Part shown: positions 1 through 9,130 of the stretch, one piece after another
How the letters are laid out: every line of letters starts with the position of its first letter
Numbering within the stretch: position 1 is the stretch's first letter
Assembly: GCA_031278975.1 (NCBI GenBank)
Contig: JAITJL010000001.1
Location: 21,680 to 85,679 of the forward strand
Source of the DNA: Puniceicoccales bacterium
GTDB taxonomy: Bacteria; Verrucomicrobiota; Verrucomicrobiia; Opitutales; UBA9783
Direction of reading: 5' to 3'
Length of the DNA: 64,000 bases
The notes under the pieces: generated by a model
Database searches by the model: none
The model's input: only the letters and a program-made list of their open reading frames with translations
Told to the model about the DNA's origin: nothing
Program-made: the position numbers and the translations under genes

Positions 1-939
1 TACGGCAAAACGTCCACATGCGATAGCTTCCGTTTGATCTTGTTTAGAAATGAAATGAGATAAGGGTTGCATCTGCAGTTGACAGGAGTTGATTTGTGCC
101 GGCAAACCTAATTTGTCTTGGACAAGAGCACTCAAATAGTGAGCCGTACTTCCGGAGTACGTACTCAAATCGAGGAATTCGCCTTGATCGTTTACCAATT
201 GGTGATTGGCGACCACGCAGACGTACCCACATGCACCTATTTTTTCTTTGATTAATTCAATACACAACGACTCACTCAGCGGTTGTTCCGGTAGACAAAC
301 TAAAAATGGATTGTCTGAATGGATACCTTGTTTCCATTTGAATAAAACGGTATTCAGGGCAACTCCGGCAGCTACCCAACCGTGCGTACCTCCGGAGACT
401 TCATAGATGCCTACATTCGCTCCCGAGGTGCACAACCAATGATTAAACTCTGACACATGGGCATTTAAATATTTCAAATAACTACCATATCCCAAGCTAT
501 GATCAGCCAACGGTAGTTCATTGACATTGGATTGAGGAATTGCAACTACTTGGAGATCGTAGTGAACACTTTTGGCCGCTTCAAGCAAACAATTCATATG
601 ATTGAGGGCGCTTTGATCGCAAATGCAACCTATGTAACGAATTTCTTTGGATTGTAAATGCTGCACCATCTGACTTGCATCACAGTGCGTAAAATCAAAT
701 GCCATGGATTCGCTTTGCATGGAAAAACCGGCCGTTGATAAAAGCATTTTGGCTGTTTGCTGCGATAAGGCTGCTAAATCTATAAAATGACCTTTTTGCA
801 ATCCTGCAAATCCACCGTACACGCCGTAAATTTCTTCGATAGATTCATGATTTAAAGCTTCCGAAAGAATGCCATACAGCGTTGCATTGCCAACAACACC
901 TGCAATTCCCGATTGCATGATCAATAAATTTCCTGTCAT
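1..939 (-). CDS. Phosphofructokinase-family protein (PPi-PFK/Pfp-like). The 3' end lies outside the window and the canonical catalytic blocks are substituted.
   Basis: Absent from the ORF track because it runs off the window edge. Manual reverse translation from the ATG (complement of 937-939) gives MTGNLLIMQSGIAGVVGNATLYGILSEALNHESIEEIYGVYGGFAGLQKGHFIDL...IRYIGCICDQSALN...VVAIPQSNVNELPLADHSLGYGS...IYEVSGGTHGWVAAGV. This is colinear with the PFK-family blocks (N-terminal nucleotide loop, GGxDS, PKTIDND, MGR). Confidence 0.6.
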   Translation of the reverse strand, partial: MTGNLLIMQSGIAGVVGNATLYGILSEALNHESIEEIYGVYGGFAGLQKGHFIDLAALSQQTAKMLLSTAGFSMQSESMAFDFTHCDASQMVQHLQSKEIRYIGCICDQSALNHMNCLLEAAKSVHYDLQVVAIPQSNVNELPLADHSLGYGSYLKYLNAHVSEFNHWLCTSGANVGIYEVSGGTHGWVAAGVALNTVLFKWKQGIHSDNPFLVCLPEQPLSESLCIELIKEKIGACGYVCVVANHQLVNDQGEFLDLSTYSGSTAHYLSALVQDKLGLPAQINSCQLQMQPLSHFISKQDQTEAIACGRFAV

Positions 940-1148
940 AGGGAGTCAATCTGAAGAAAGAATGTAAGCGTTTCAATATGAAAATTGTATAAGTTTAAAA
1001 CCTCGCTACGGAGTCAACTTATTTTTTTGCTTGTTTCTTTGGGAGCTTTTCCAAGTACGTCGCTCAATAAATATTTACTTTTTACTTGAAAAGGGAATGT
1101 AAAACGTTTCAGCTAGAAGATGAATTATTAGATATAAAAATAAAAGAT

Positions 1149-1418
1149 ATGGTTATTACAGTAGAAACTAAACAATCGATTTTAAAGTCTTTTCAAAAGC
1201 ATGAAAGTGATACCGGATCTTCTGAAGTACAAATTGCTTTATTAACGCAACGCATTACAGATTTGACGGCGCACTTAAAGTTACACACAAAAGATGCCCA
1301 TTCGCGTCGTGGTCTTATTGCTTTGGCAAATCGAAGACGCAAATTGCTTGAATACTTAAAATTGAATAATTTTGAAAAATACCAGGACGTCATTAATCGT
1401 TTAGGATTACGTCATTAA
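1149..1418 (+). CDS. rpsO: 30S ribosomal protein S15
   Basis: The track ORF 1086..1418 contains an internal ATG at 1149 that gives an 89-aa protein, MVITVETKQSILKSFQKHESDTGSSEVQIALLTQRITDLTAHLKLHTKDAHSRRGLIALANRRRKLLEYLK. The S15 signature is present and pnp lies immediately downstream, the classical rpsO-pnp pair. Confidence 0.92.
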   Translation: MVITVETKQSILKSFQKHESDTGSSEVQIALLTQRITDLTAHLKLHTKDAHSRRGLIALANRRRKLLEYLKLNNFEKYQDVINRLGLRH

Positions 1419-1450
1419 TAACTTTATTCTATTAACCAAATAGCAAATTT

Positions 1451-3580
1451 ATGCTAAAGCAAAAGTATTTCTGCAAAGTAGATGGGCTTGATTTGACTTT
1501 TTCAACAGGGTCCATTGCTAAATTAACAAATGGGGCGGTAATCGTTCAATCGGGACAAACGGTCGTTTTTGTGAGTGCAACAATGGCTCCAGAGGTCAGC
1601 GAAAATCAAACTTTTTTCCCTCTCATCGTGGATTATCGAGAAAAATTTTCTGCCGCTGGTCGTTTCCCCGGAGGATACGTTAAACGTGAAGGGAAACCGA
1701 CCGAAAAAGAAATTTTAACCTCACGGTTGTGCGATCGTCCTTTGCGTCCTTTATTTCCAAAAGACTTCCTCAATGAAGTACAAATTGTAGGTCTTTTATT
1801 GGCAGCTGACCTTAACAATGAGCCCGATATACTTATGGTTAACGGTGCTTCGGCTGCCCTTATGTGCTCCAATATTCCTTGGAATGGACCTATTGCTTGC
1901 GTACGTATTGGGCAGGTCAACGGCCAATTCGTTGTCAACCCAACAAATGATCAACAATTTGAGTCCGACTTAGATCTCATTTATGTGGGAAATAAAGAGG
2001 ATGCGTTAATGATAGAAGGTTGCGCGGATCAGTTGCCGGAAGATCGTTTTATAGAAGCGCTTCACTTTGCACATGCAGCTATCCAACCTATCCTAACGGC
2101 GCAAGAAGCGTTGGCCCGTCAATGCAATCCTTCAAAGTTATCTTACGAACCTCGTGTAGTTGCAGATCATGTTGTCGACTTCTGTGAAAAAGCGCTCGGA
2201 GAACGCCTTAAAAACGTCTGGTACAAAACACCTAAGCAACACGTGCAAACGGAAATAAAAAATCTCAAAAAAGAACTTGTTGAAAGTGCCCTGGAGTCGC
2301 AATTATTCGCAGACAAAACTTTGGCAAAAAATGAAATTGATACAGCCTTTGAAAAGTTGCAGGAAAAACTCTGTCGTACCGCTATCCTCGACGAATCGTT
2401 ACGTTTAGATCATCGGCAGGCGGAAGAATTGAGGGAAATTTCTTGTGAGGTGGATGTTTTACCGAAAATTGTCCACGGTTCCGCTATTTTTGAACGCGGA
2501 GAAACCCAAGCACTTGTCAGTGCTACTTTAGGGTCCGGTCGCGATGCTCAGGACTTGGACGGATTAACAGGGGGAGCTCAATCGAAATCATTCATTTTGC
2601 ATTACAACTTTCCTCCTTACTCCGTGGGTGAAGTAGGTCGTTTTGGATTTACCAATCGTCGGGAAATTGGTCATGGAGCGTTGGCAGAACGCTCTCTACT
2701 GCCAATTGTCCCTTCAGAATCGGAATTTCCATATTCTATCCGCTTAGTTTCCGATATCATGGGATCCAATGGGTCAACTTCCATGGCGTCCGTCTGCGGA
2801 GGGGCACTGGCACTCATGGATGCGGGTGTACCTATTTTGGCACCTGTGGCTGGAATCTCTGTAGGTCTTGTTACGGAGTACGATGAAAATCACAAAATTG
2901 AACGTTACCGCCTAATCACTGATATTTTGGGCGAAGAAGACCATTTTGGTGACATGGATTTTAAGATTTGCGGTACGGAAACGGGTATTACAGGTTTTCA
3001 ATTGGATCTAAAGATTGCCGGGTTGCCACTCAACATTATGGCAGAGGCCATTCACCAAAATCGCAGAGCGCGTATGCAAATTTTAGCAATCATGCGTGCA
3101 ACACTTCCTCAATCGCGCAGCAAAATTAGTCAGTACGCTCCACATTTCCAGGATATTCGTATCAATCCGGAAAAGATTGGCGCACTCATCGGACCTGGAG
3201 GTAAAAACATTAAACGTTTAACCGAGACGATGGGATGTCAAATCGACATTTGTGAAGATAATTCCGGAGCAATACGTATCTATGCCAAAAGTGAAGCATC
3301 TCTTAAACAGGTGACTGATGAAATCAGCAGCTTGGACAAGAAGATCGAAGTGGGTAAAACCTATCAAGGTATTGTACGTACCATTAAAGACTTTGGTGTA
3401 TTTGTTGAATGTTTACCTGGACAGGAAGGCATGGTCCATGTCTCGGAGCTTTCGGACTGCAAAGTGCGTCATCCAAGCGATGTATGCAGCGTTGGAGACA
3501 CTATGGTTGTTGTTTGCTTGGGAATTGATGAGCGTGGCAAAGTACGTTTAAGCAAAAAGGCTGCTTCCATCCATCCGTAA
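1451..3580 (+). CDS. pnp: Polyribonucleotide nucleotidyltransferase (PNPase)
   Basis: 709 aa with two RNase PH-like halves ([28 protein letters not shown]; [33 protein letters not shown]). A KH domain ([14 protein letters not shown]) and an S1 domain ([19 protein letters not shown]) sit at the C-terminus. Confidence 0.96.
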   Translation: MLKQKYFCKVDGLDLTFSTGSIAKLTNGAVIVQSGQTVVFVSATMAPEVSENQTFFPLIVDYREKFSAAGRFPGGYVKREGKPTEKEILTSRLCDRPLRPLFPKDFLNEVQIVGLLLAADLNNEPDILMVNGASAALMCSNIPWNGPIACVRIGQVNGQFVVNPTNDQQFESDLDLIYVGNKEDALMIEGCADQLPEDRFIEALHFAHAAIQPILTAQEALARQCNPSKLSYEPRVVADHVVDFCEKALGERLKNVWYKTPKQHVQTEIKNLKKELVESALESQLFADKTLAKNEIDTAFEKLQEKLCRTAILDESLRLDHRQAEELREISCEVDVLPKIVHGSAIFERGETQALVSATLGSGRDAQDLDGLTGGAQSKSFILHYNFPPYSVGEVGRFGFTNRREIGHGALAERSLLPIVPSESEFPYSIRLVSDIMGSNGSTSMASVCGGALALMDAGVPILAPVAGISVGLVTEYDENHKIERYRLITDILGEEDHFGDMDFKICGTETGITGFQLDLKIAGLPLNIMAEAIHQNRRARMQILAIMRATLPQSRSKISQYAPHFQDIRINPEKIGALIGPGGKNIKRLTETMGCQIDICEDNSGAIRIYAKSEASLKQVTDEISSLDKKIEVGKTYQGIVRTIKDFGVFVECLPGQEGMVHVSELSDCKVRHPSDVCSVGDTMVVVCLGIDERGKVRLSKKAASIHP

Positions 3581-3633
3581 ATATACGAAGGGTCCTGTTT
3601 GCAAAATGTCTTTTCAACGATTTTGGTCAACGA

Positions 3634-4101
3634 TTGTGTAAACGACGAGGAGAGACTTTCTTGTTTAGAACGGTTGTAGTGATTTTATTTTTTCTGCCCT
3701 ATTGTGCGCACTGCGAATTATTTCGACTGCAAGCGGATGCACCCATTCATGGGTTTAAAATGCCTATGTTTAATGAACGTGGAGAAAGGATCTGGCAATG
3801 CTTAGGCGAACGCGTTCATTATAGATCGGAAGCTAAAATAAAAATTGAGCAGATGTGTATAGAATGGTTTCTCCCCGAAAATGCAAATACGGTAGACATG
3901 ATCATTCGCAGCCCCAAAGCTACCGTATCGTTGACGCAACATCGAGCCGATGGTCGTTCACTGTTGACCGTTACAAATCCAGGATATACTATTCTGGGTA
4001 ACGATTGGACATGGGAGGAAAAACAGCACAATAAAAGTTTTGCCAAAGTCCTTATAAGAAAAAATGCGCATGTCACATTTTACGATAATTTTAAGCCATG
4101 A
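3634..4101 (+). CDS. Anchored periplasmic protein, putative LptC-like
   Basis: 155 aa with an N-terminal hydrophobic anchor (FLFRTVVVILFFLPYCAHC). It sits immediately 5' of, and overlaps by 4 nt, an LptA-like gene followed by lptB. The call rests mainly on position; sequence similarity is not secure. Confidence 0.35.
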   Translation: MCKRRGETFLFRTVVVILFFLPYCAHCELFRLQADAPIHGFKMPMFNERGERIWQCLGERVHYRSEAKIKIEQMCIEWFLPENANTVDMIIRSPKATVSLTQHRADGRSLLTVTNPGYTILGNDWTWEEKQHNKSFAKVLIRKNAHVTFYDNFKP

Positions 4102-4775
4102 AAATGCATTTTTTACTTTCATTCATCCCACTTGGTTTAATGTGCTTGCCGCATATCTATGGTGTTGAACGTACTTCTTCCACGATTATCACAAGCGATC
4201 AAATGGAGATGTTGCGAAAAACCTCTCACAATGAATTTCATTTTTTAGGCCAAGTAAAAATGGAAAGTAAAAATTTTTACGGAGAATGTGACGAATTATT
4301 TGTTTATTCTTTATTAAGCCCACCCAAAACAAGCTTATCACTCCTTCATCGGAGGTATCTTATGAGCATGTGTGGTCCTTGTAAAAAATTAAATCGTAAT
4401 TTTCCACCATGGACGTACGTCCATGGAGATACCTTTTATCCAATCAATGTTTCCGTCGAAGATGCATCTGCGTATAGGTCTATGCCTACCATTGGCCAAA
4501 TTCAAAAAATTATTGCCTACCGAAATGTTTTCTTAGAAACGGAAGATCCCAATACGGGCGAAATAAAACGGGCGCGATCCAATAAGGCTGTTATTTATCC
4601 CAATGAAGGAAAAATGATTCTAACGGAAAATCCCGTTGTCCACTGCTCCCAACAAGGTACATTTATGGGAGAAAAAATCACATTTTTCAAGTACTCTGAA
4701 CATGTTATCGTTGAAAATAATCAACCTCAACAGCGTGCCACAGTTATTTTGTCAGAGGAAAATTTTGACTTATGA
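4098..4775 (+). CDS. LptA/OstA-like periplasmic LPS-transport protein
   Basis: Has a signal peptide. The OstA_N-like pattern is present: IITSDQMEMLRKTSHNEFHFLGQVKMESKNFYGECDELFVY and IIAYRNVFLETEDPNTGEIKRARSNKAVIYPNEGKMILTENPVVHCSQQGTFMGEKITF. Its stop overlaps the lptB start. Confidence 0.55.
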   Translation: MKMHFLLSFIPLGLMCLPHIYGVERTSSTIITSDQMEMLRKTSHNEFHFLGQVKMESKNFYGECDELFVYSLLSPPKTSLSLLHRRYLMSMCGPCKKLNRNFPPWTYVHGDTFYPINVSVEDASAYRSMPTIGQIQKIIAYRNVFLETEDPNTGEIKRARSNKAVIYPNEGKMILTENPVVHCSQQGTFMGEKITFFKYSEHVIVENNQPQQRATVILSEENFDL

Positions 4776-5506
4776 ATTCAACTGTAAATTCGATTTATAC
4801 AGAAAATCTGGTTAAAATTTACGCTGACCGCGAAGTTGTACGTGGGGTTAACATGCACGTCGACGCGGGTGAAATCGTCGGTTTATTGGGGCCCAATGGT
4901 GCAGGGAAAACAACTTGTTTTTACATGATCGTCGGGCTCGTCGCGGCTACAAATGGTAAAGTCTGGTTCCATGGGCAAGAAATTACACAACTTCCCATGT
5001 ACAAAAGAGCCCGTTTAGGGATAGGTTATTTGCCCCAAGAAGCCTCCGTCTTCAGAAAGTTGACCGTTGAAGAAAATATCAGAGCGATTTTAGAAACGCT
5101 TTCTTTATCTAAAAGTGCCATTAAAAATCGTTTGCAAGACGCTTTAGAAGAACTTGATTTAACCAAAGTTGCCAAACAAAAAGCATTTACATTGAGTGGT
5201 GGAGAACGTCGTCGCTTGGAAATTACAAGAGCGCTCATCACAAATCCACAATTCCTGCTTATGGATGAGCCTTTTAGTGGGGTTGATCCGATTAGCGTTC
5301 AAGAAGTGCAGCAAATTATCCGAGATTTAAAATCGAAAAAAATGGGTATTCTCATTACGGACCACAACGTTCGCGAAACGTTACGTGTTGTCGATCGTGC
5401 TTATCTCCTATATGACGGGAAAATTTTATGCAGTGGAACTCGGGAGAATCTAGTGAACGATCCTCAGAGTCGAAAATTTTATTTGGGAGAGCAATTTGAA
5501 TCTTAA
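4772..5506 (+). CDS. lptB: LPS export ABC transporter ATP-binding protein
   Basis: Walker A GPNGAGKTT, ABC signature LSGGERRRLEITRAL, Walker B LLMDEPFSGVDP, and an LptB-like C-terminus (DPQSRKFYLGEQF). Confidence 0.9.
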   Translation: MNSTVNSIYTENLVKIYADREVVRGVNMHVDAGEIVGLLGPNGAGKTTCFYMIVGLVAATNGKVWFHGQEITQLPMYKRARLGIGYLPQEASVFRKLTVEENIRAILETLSLSKSAIKNRLQDALEELDLTKVAKQKAFTLSGGERRRLEITRALITNPQFLLMDEPFSGVDPISVQEVQQIIRDLKSKKMGILITDHNVRETLRVVDRAYLLYDGKILCSGTRENLVNDPQSRKFYLGEQFES

Positions 5507-5514
5507 AAGAAGTC

Positions 5515-6216
5515 ATGTTAATTTCCCCAAAAGCAAATTTATCCGATTTTGAATCTTTGTCGGGGTACAAATTTAAAAATTTAATATTACTGCAGTCAGC
5601 TCTCACGCATCCTTCTTGCTTTCGTGAGGCCCCTTGTCCATTTCCCTTTCAATTTCACTTTCAGCGACTTGAGTTTCTGGGCGATTCCATTTTCAATGCT
5701 ATCTTGTCGCAACAACTATTTCATCTGTTTCCCAAGAGCCGGGAAGGATTTTTGTCAAAAGCACACAGTATTTTAGCCCGCGGAACATTTCTGATACGCA
5801 TGGCTAAAAAACTAAGAATTGTTCAATATCTTCGGATGGAACCCGCCAAAAAAGTGTCTGACTCAATCTTAGAAGATACGGTAGAAGCGCTCATGGGGAG
5901 CATTTTTTTGGACGGAGGCTTCGATCAAGTCAACGCATGTGTACTTGCTTGGTTGGGAAATGTAAAACAATACGTTTATCGCCGGATAAAATCTAATAAT
6001 CCAAAAGGGCAACTGCAGGAAAAATTGGGCAATCAATCAAAACAATTAACCTATGAACTTTTGCAAACACAAGGGCCTCCGCATCGAGGTTTGTTTAAAA
6101 TTGGGCTATATCTGGGCGAAAAGCTGATCGCTGAGGCGGAAGGAAAAAGTAAAAAAGCGGCCGAAGAACAAGCTGCCCTATTGGGACTAAAACGACTCGA
6201 ATGCACCGAAAAGTGA
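5515..6216 (+). CDS. rnc: Ribonuclease III
   Basis: RNase III signature ALTHPS...QRLEFLGDSIFNAILS, with a C-terminal dsRBD (NPKGQLQEKL...GKSKKAAEEQAA). Confidence 0.9.
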   Translation: MLISPKANLSDFESLSGYKFKNLILLQSALTHPSCFREAPCPFPFQFHFQRLEFLGDSIFNAILSQQLFHLFPKSREGFLSKAHSILARGTFLIRMAKKLRIVQYLRMEPAKKVSDSILEDTVEALMGSIFLDGGFDQVNACVLAWLGNVKQYVYRRIKSNNPKGQLQEKLGNQSKQLTYELLQTQGPPHRGLFKIGLYLGEKLIAEAEGKSKKAAEEQAALLGLKRLECTEK

Positions 6217-6290
6217 ATCCCCATAAATAAGTCTTTTGCTTAGCTCTCACCTTGTATGCATCGATGTTTTTATTATTAATTGTCTGATAT

Positions 6291-6749
6291 TCAAGTCACT
6301 TTAACCTTAAACACAGCCTTTTTAACCCGTTGTGGGTGAGCACCGACGTTTAAAGCAGGCATGTGCGCATCCTGGGGACAAAAAATAAGAAACAGGGTTG
6401 CGTCAACCGTTAAAGTATCTACATCGCCCTCTAAAAATACAATGTCTTTTGCGTCATCGTACGTCGACTTAGGTTTTGTATAACCTATGTGCGTATATCC
6501 CATTTTTTCGGAACCGCGAATGACCATTTGAACGTCAATGTAACGACGATGGGCTTCCAATTTTTGCACGCCTTGGGTTGTGTATGCATCGATGTTTACA
6601 AATAGGTTGTCTCCATCGATCATGGGTCGGCCACACGCGAGTTTGTTCAGGTCACTACTTTTTAAAAAATCAAACACACGAATAAAATTTCCATGCAAGT
6701 AAAGATATATTCTAAAGTTTTCAATTTTGTCAATAATCACAGAAGGCAT
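6291..6749 (-). CDS. YhcH/YjgK/YiaL (DUF386, EbgC-like) family protein
   Basis: 152 aa. The block EAHRRYIDVQMVIRGSEKMGY...FLIFCPQDAHMP matches the family pattern as I recall it. Confidence 0.65.
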   Translation of the reverse strand: MPSVIIDKIENFRIYLYLHGNFIRVFDFLKSSDLNKLACGRPMIDGDNLFVNIDAYTTQGVQKLEAHRRYIDVQMVIRGSEKMGYTHIGYTKPKSTYDDAKDIVFLEGDVDTLTVDATLFLIFCPQDAHMPALNVGAHPQRVKKAVFKVKVT

Positions 6750-6897
6750 CTTTATTCAGAAAAACGATCACCAAAAGTTCTTTTTTAACGAAATTTTCCC
6801 TTGAGAACGCAACCTACCTTTATATAATTTTTTTACAGGGCTTAAATGCAAAAAAAATGGCAAGAAATATGCTACCGTAAATGCAAGTAAGTTATTT

Positions 6898-7260
6898 ATG
6901 AAAGCTGCTTGCCTAGAACCAAAGTTAAGCCAATTTATACATTCTGTTCCAATTTCAACAGCACAATGCGTCACTAAAGAAGCTAAGAAAACTTCGGAAA
7001 ACGTATTGGGTACGACAAGTTCTCAATTTACGCAATTCGAGGAATTTATTACCGGTTGTAATGTAGATTCACGGGAAGAAAACGCGAAACAATGTGTCGA
7101 TCAAGTTAGTAAGAGTCAAACAGTCGTACAAAATACAACCCTAGATAAATTAGAGACTGTGCCGGCTACAAAAGAAATTGGAATAGCGTTCGCTTTACTG
7201 CACGAAATGCGTTATAAATTAACGGATGGATTTAAGGAATTGATGCGACTCTCCATCTAA
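6898..7260 (+). CDS. FliE-like protein (flagellar hook-basal-body protein family), orphan
   Basis: 120 aa. The C-terminus EMRYKLTDGFKELMRLSI aligns residue-for-residue with the conserved FliE C-terminus (VRNKLVxAYQEIMRMQ[IV]). An upstream FxxFxxFI...N block is also FliE-like. Confidence 0.45.
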   Translation: MKAACLEPKLSQFIHSVPISTAQCVTKEAKKTSENVLGTTSSQFTQFEEFITGCNVDSREENAKQCVDQVSKSQTVVQNTTLDKLETVPATKEIGIAFALLHEMRYKLTDGFKELMRLSI

Positions 7261-7631
7261 ATCAAGATATTCAGTTCATTCACTAGAAATTTTCTGGTAG
7301 CATTCGTAGGATTTTCGTTCAAGTTTACAGCCTTGGACACAAAAAATAAGTATTAAATGTGGATCTTTTTGCTCAATTTATTGTAAAACAACATTGCTTA
7401 CTAGGTGTTTTTACATTATTGATTAGTGAGCTTCTTTTGTGAAAACAATTTTGATTGGGTTGCAAGTTGACTTACAGAACTGTTACCGCAAATGATCGCC
7501 TTTGCAGTAACCATCAGAACTCCCAATATCGTGTTAATCCTTTCTTACAGTTGATGTTGACAGAAGAACAAAAATGCAAACAGTGGTCATGGATAGCATA
7601 AATTTGTTCAACCTTTGAATATTGCACACGT

Positions 7632-7961
7632 ATGTTAGCGCACACACAGCCTGTTTCCGAGTTAACGCATTTTTCTAACACATCGATATCGCTTATATTG
7701 CAAATAGGTATATTTATGGTCTTTGTGATGGTTGGTACTTACGCTTTTGCCAAGTTTAAACAAAACAAATTCCCACTCAAAGCAAAAAATAAACCTTCTC
7801 AATTATCCATACTAGAAACGTATGCTTTGGGGAATCGGCAATATTTACTTGTCGTTGCGTACAATCAGCAAAAATTTCTCTTGAATGTTCATCCTCATGG
7901 AACCCAATACCTGTGTACTCTAAACAACACGTACGATAAAAAACAGCACGTTCACGAATAA
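7632..7961 (+). CDS. FliO-like small bitopic membrane protein, orphan
   Basis: 109 aa with one TM helix (LILQIGIFMVFVMVGTYAF) and a basic stretch. It then reads LSILETYALGNRQYLLVVAYNQQKFLLNVHPHGTQYLCTL, which matches the FliO core pattern (LxIxxxxxLGxRxxLxVVxxxxxxxLLGVxxxxxxxLxxL). Confidence 0.4.
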   Translation: MLAHTQPVSELTHFSNTSISLILQIGIFMVFVMVGTYAFAKFKQNKFPLKAKNKPSQLSILETYALGNRQYLLVVAYNQQKFLLNVHPHGTQYLCTLNNTYDKKQHVHE

Positions 7962-8177
7962 ACGGACAAATGTTCGTAGCTAGCTGTATATCGGTGGCAA
8001 TCGTATTTACATTGCATGCCGACTAAGTCGTTTGCCTCCAATGATCATCTAACAATATCATCCCCAACCTGCTTAAATCCGTGCATGGTTATTTTGCAAT
8101 CATTTACCATAGCATTAAACTTGACAATCCCTTCCAATTCCAATGTGGATGTTTATTTCTAACTTAAGATTAAATCG

Positions 8178-9011
8178 ATGGAGCACAAAACATTTTTTAC
8201 GCAGCAAGATAATTTCGTAAACATTATAAAGCGACATTTGCCCAATCTAGATGCTAATACCATAAAACATATCAAAACAGGTTGGACAAATATTGTGATT
8301 GAAGCAAGGGATAACAAAGATACCTATTTTTTTCGATTCCCCCGAAACCAGTTTTTTGCCCGTATGATGTTGAAGGATTTTGCATTTTGCTCTTTTATGC
8401 GCGATAAAGTAACTTTTCAATTTCCCGATCTCAAAGTTTTTAAGGATAATGAACGACCTTTCAGCATGCATAAAAAGATTAAGGGCTGGTCATTAACGGA
8501 ACGGTTTAAGCATTTATCCCGGCAAGCTGCAACCAATTTAGCGTACGACGTTGCAAAATTTGTACAAGAACTCAATACAATCAATCCTCAGTCACTTCCC
8601 AAAGCGTGTAACGTGTACCTATCCACCTTCTTGGATGAACTATCCAAAGTCGATGATAATGCGTATGATCTGCATCAACATGACGCGCTACGGTCTTATG
8701 AAAAGGAAGCTCACGTGGTTCATGGAGATCTTAATCCCGGCAACATATTACTCGATGCGAATGATAAAATGATAGGTATTATCGATTTTGCTTTCTCGGG
8801 TGTATCCAACAATCACGTCGACATTGCCCGTATCATAGGCCGTACCAACGATTCTTTTACAGAGGCTATCATCAAAGCTTACCAAGATACTACCGGTAAA
8901 CAAGTCAATAGAAAGCACATCCAAAAACTTATTCAAACGTGGAACTATGTGGAACAACAGTACATCTTGTACATAAAAAATAAACATCCAGACATCATTC
9001 TCCCTTCTTGA
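8178..9011 (+). CDS. Aminoglycoside/choline-kinase-type phosphotransferase (APH family)
   Basis: Catalytic loop HGDLNPGNILLD followed by IGIIDFAFSG (a DFG-like motif), typical of the phosphotransferase enzyme family. Confidence 0.7.
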   Translation: MEHKTFFTQQDNFVNIIKRHLPNLDANTIKHIKTGWTNIVIEARDNKDTYFFRFPRNQFFARMMLKDFAFCSFMRDKVTFQFPDLKVFKDNERPFSMHKKIKGWSLTERFKHLSRQAATNLAYDVAKFVQELNTINPQSLPKACNVYLSTFLDELSKVDDNAYDLHQHDALRSYEKEAHVVHGDLNPGNILLDANDKMIGIIDFAFSGVSNNHVDIARIIGRTNDSFTEAIIKAYQDTTGKQVNRKHIQKLIQTWNYVEQQYILYIKNKHPDIILPS

Positions 9012-9130
9012 GTATGCAATAACGAATATTTTTCTTACGGGACGTTGAATAAAATTAAAACTTAGGAAAAATTTTCCGTGTGTGGAAAATTTTTCCTAAG
9101 TTTTTTGATCTATATGCCGTCTTATAAGGC

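Noticed and set aside
7482-7511. Imperfect hairpin gttaccgcaaa-tgatcgcc-tttgcagtaac in the FliE-like/FliO-like spacer, considered as an operator or terminator.
   Set aside because: Pairing is 10/11 with no U-tract, it occurs only once, and no function can be argued from the sequence alone.
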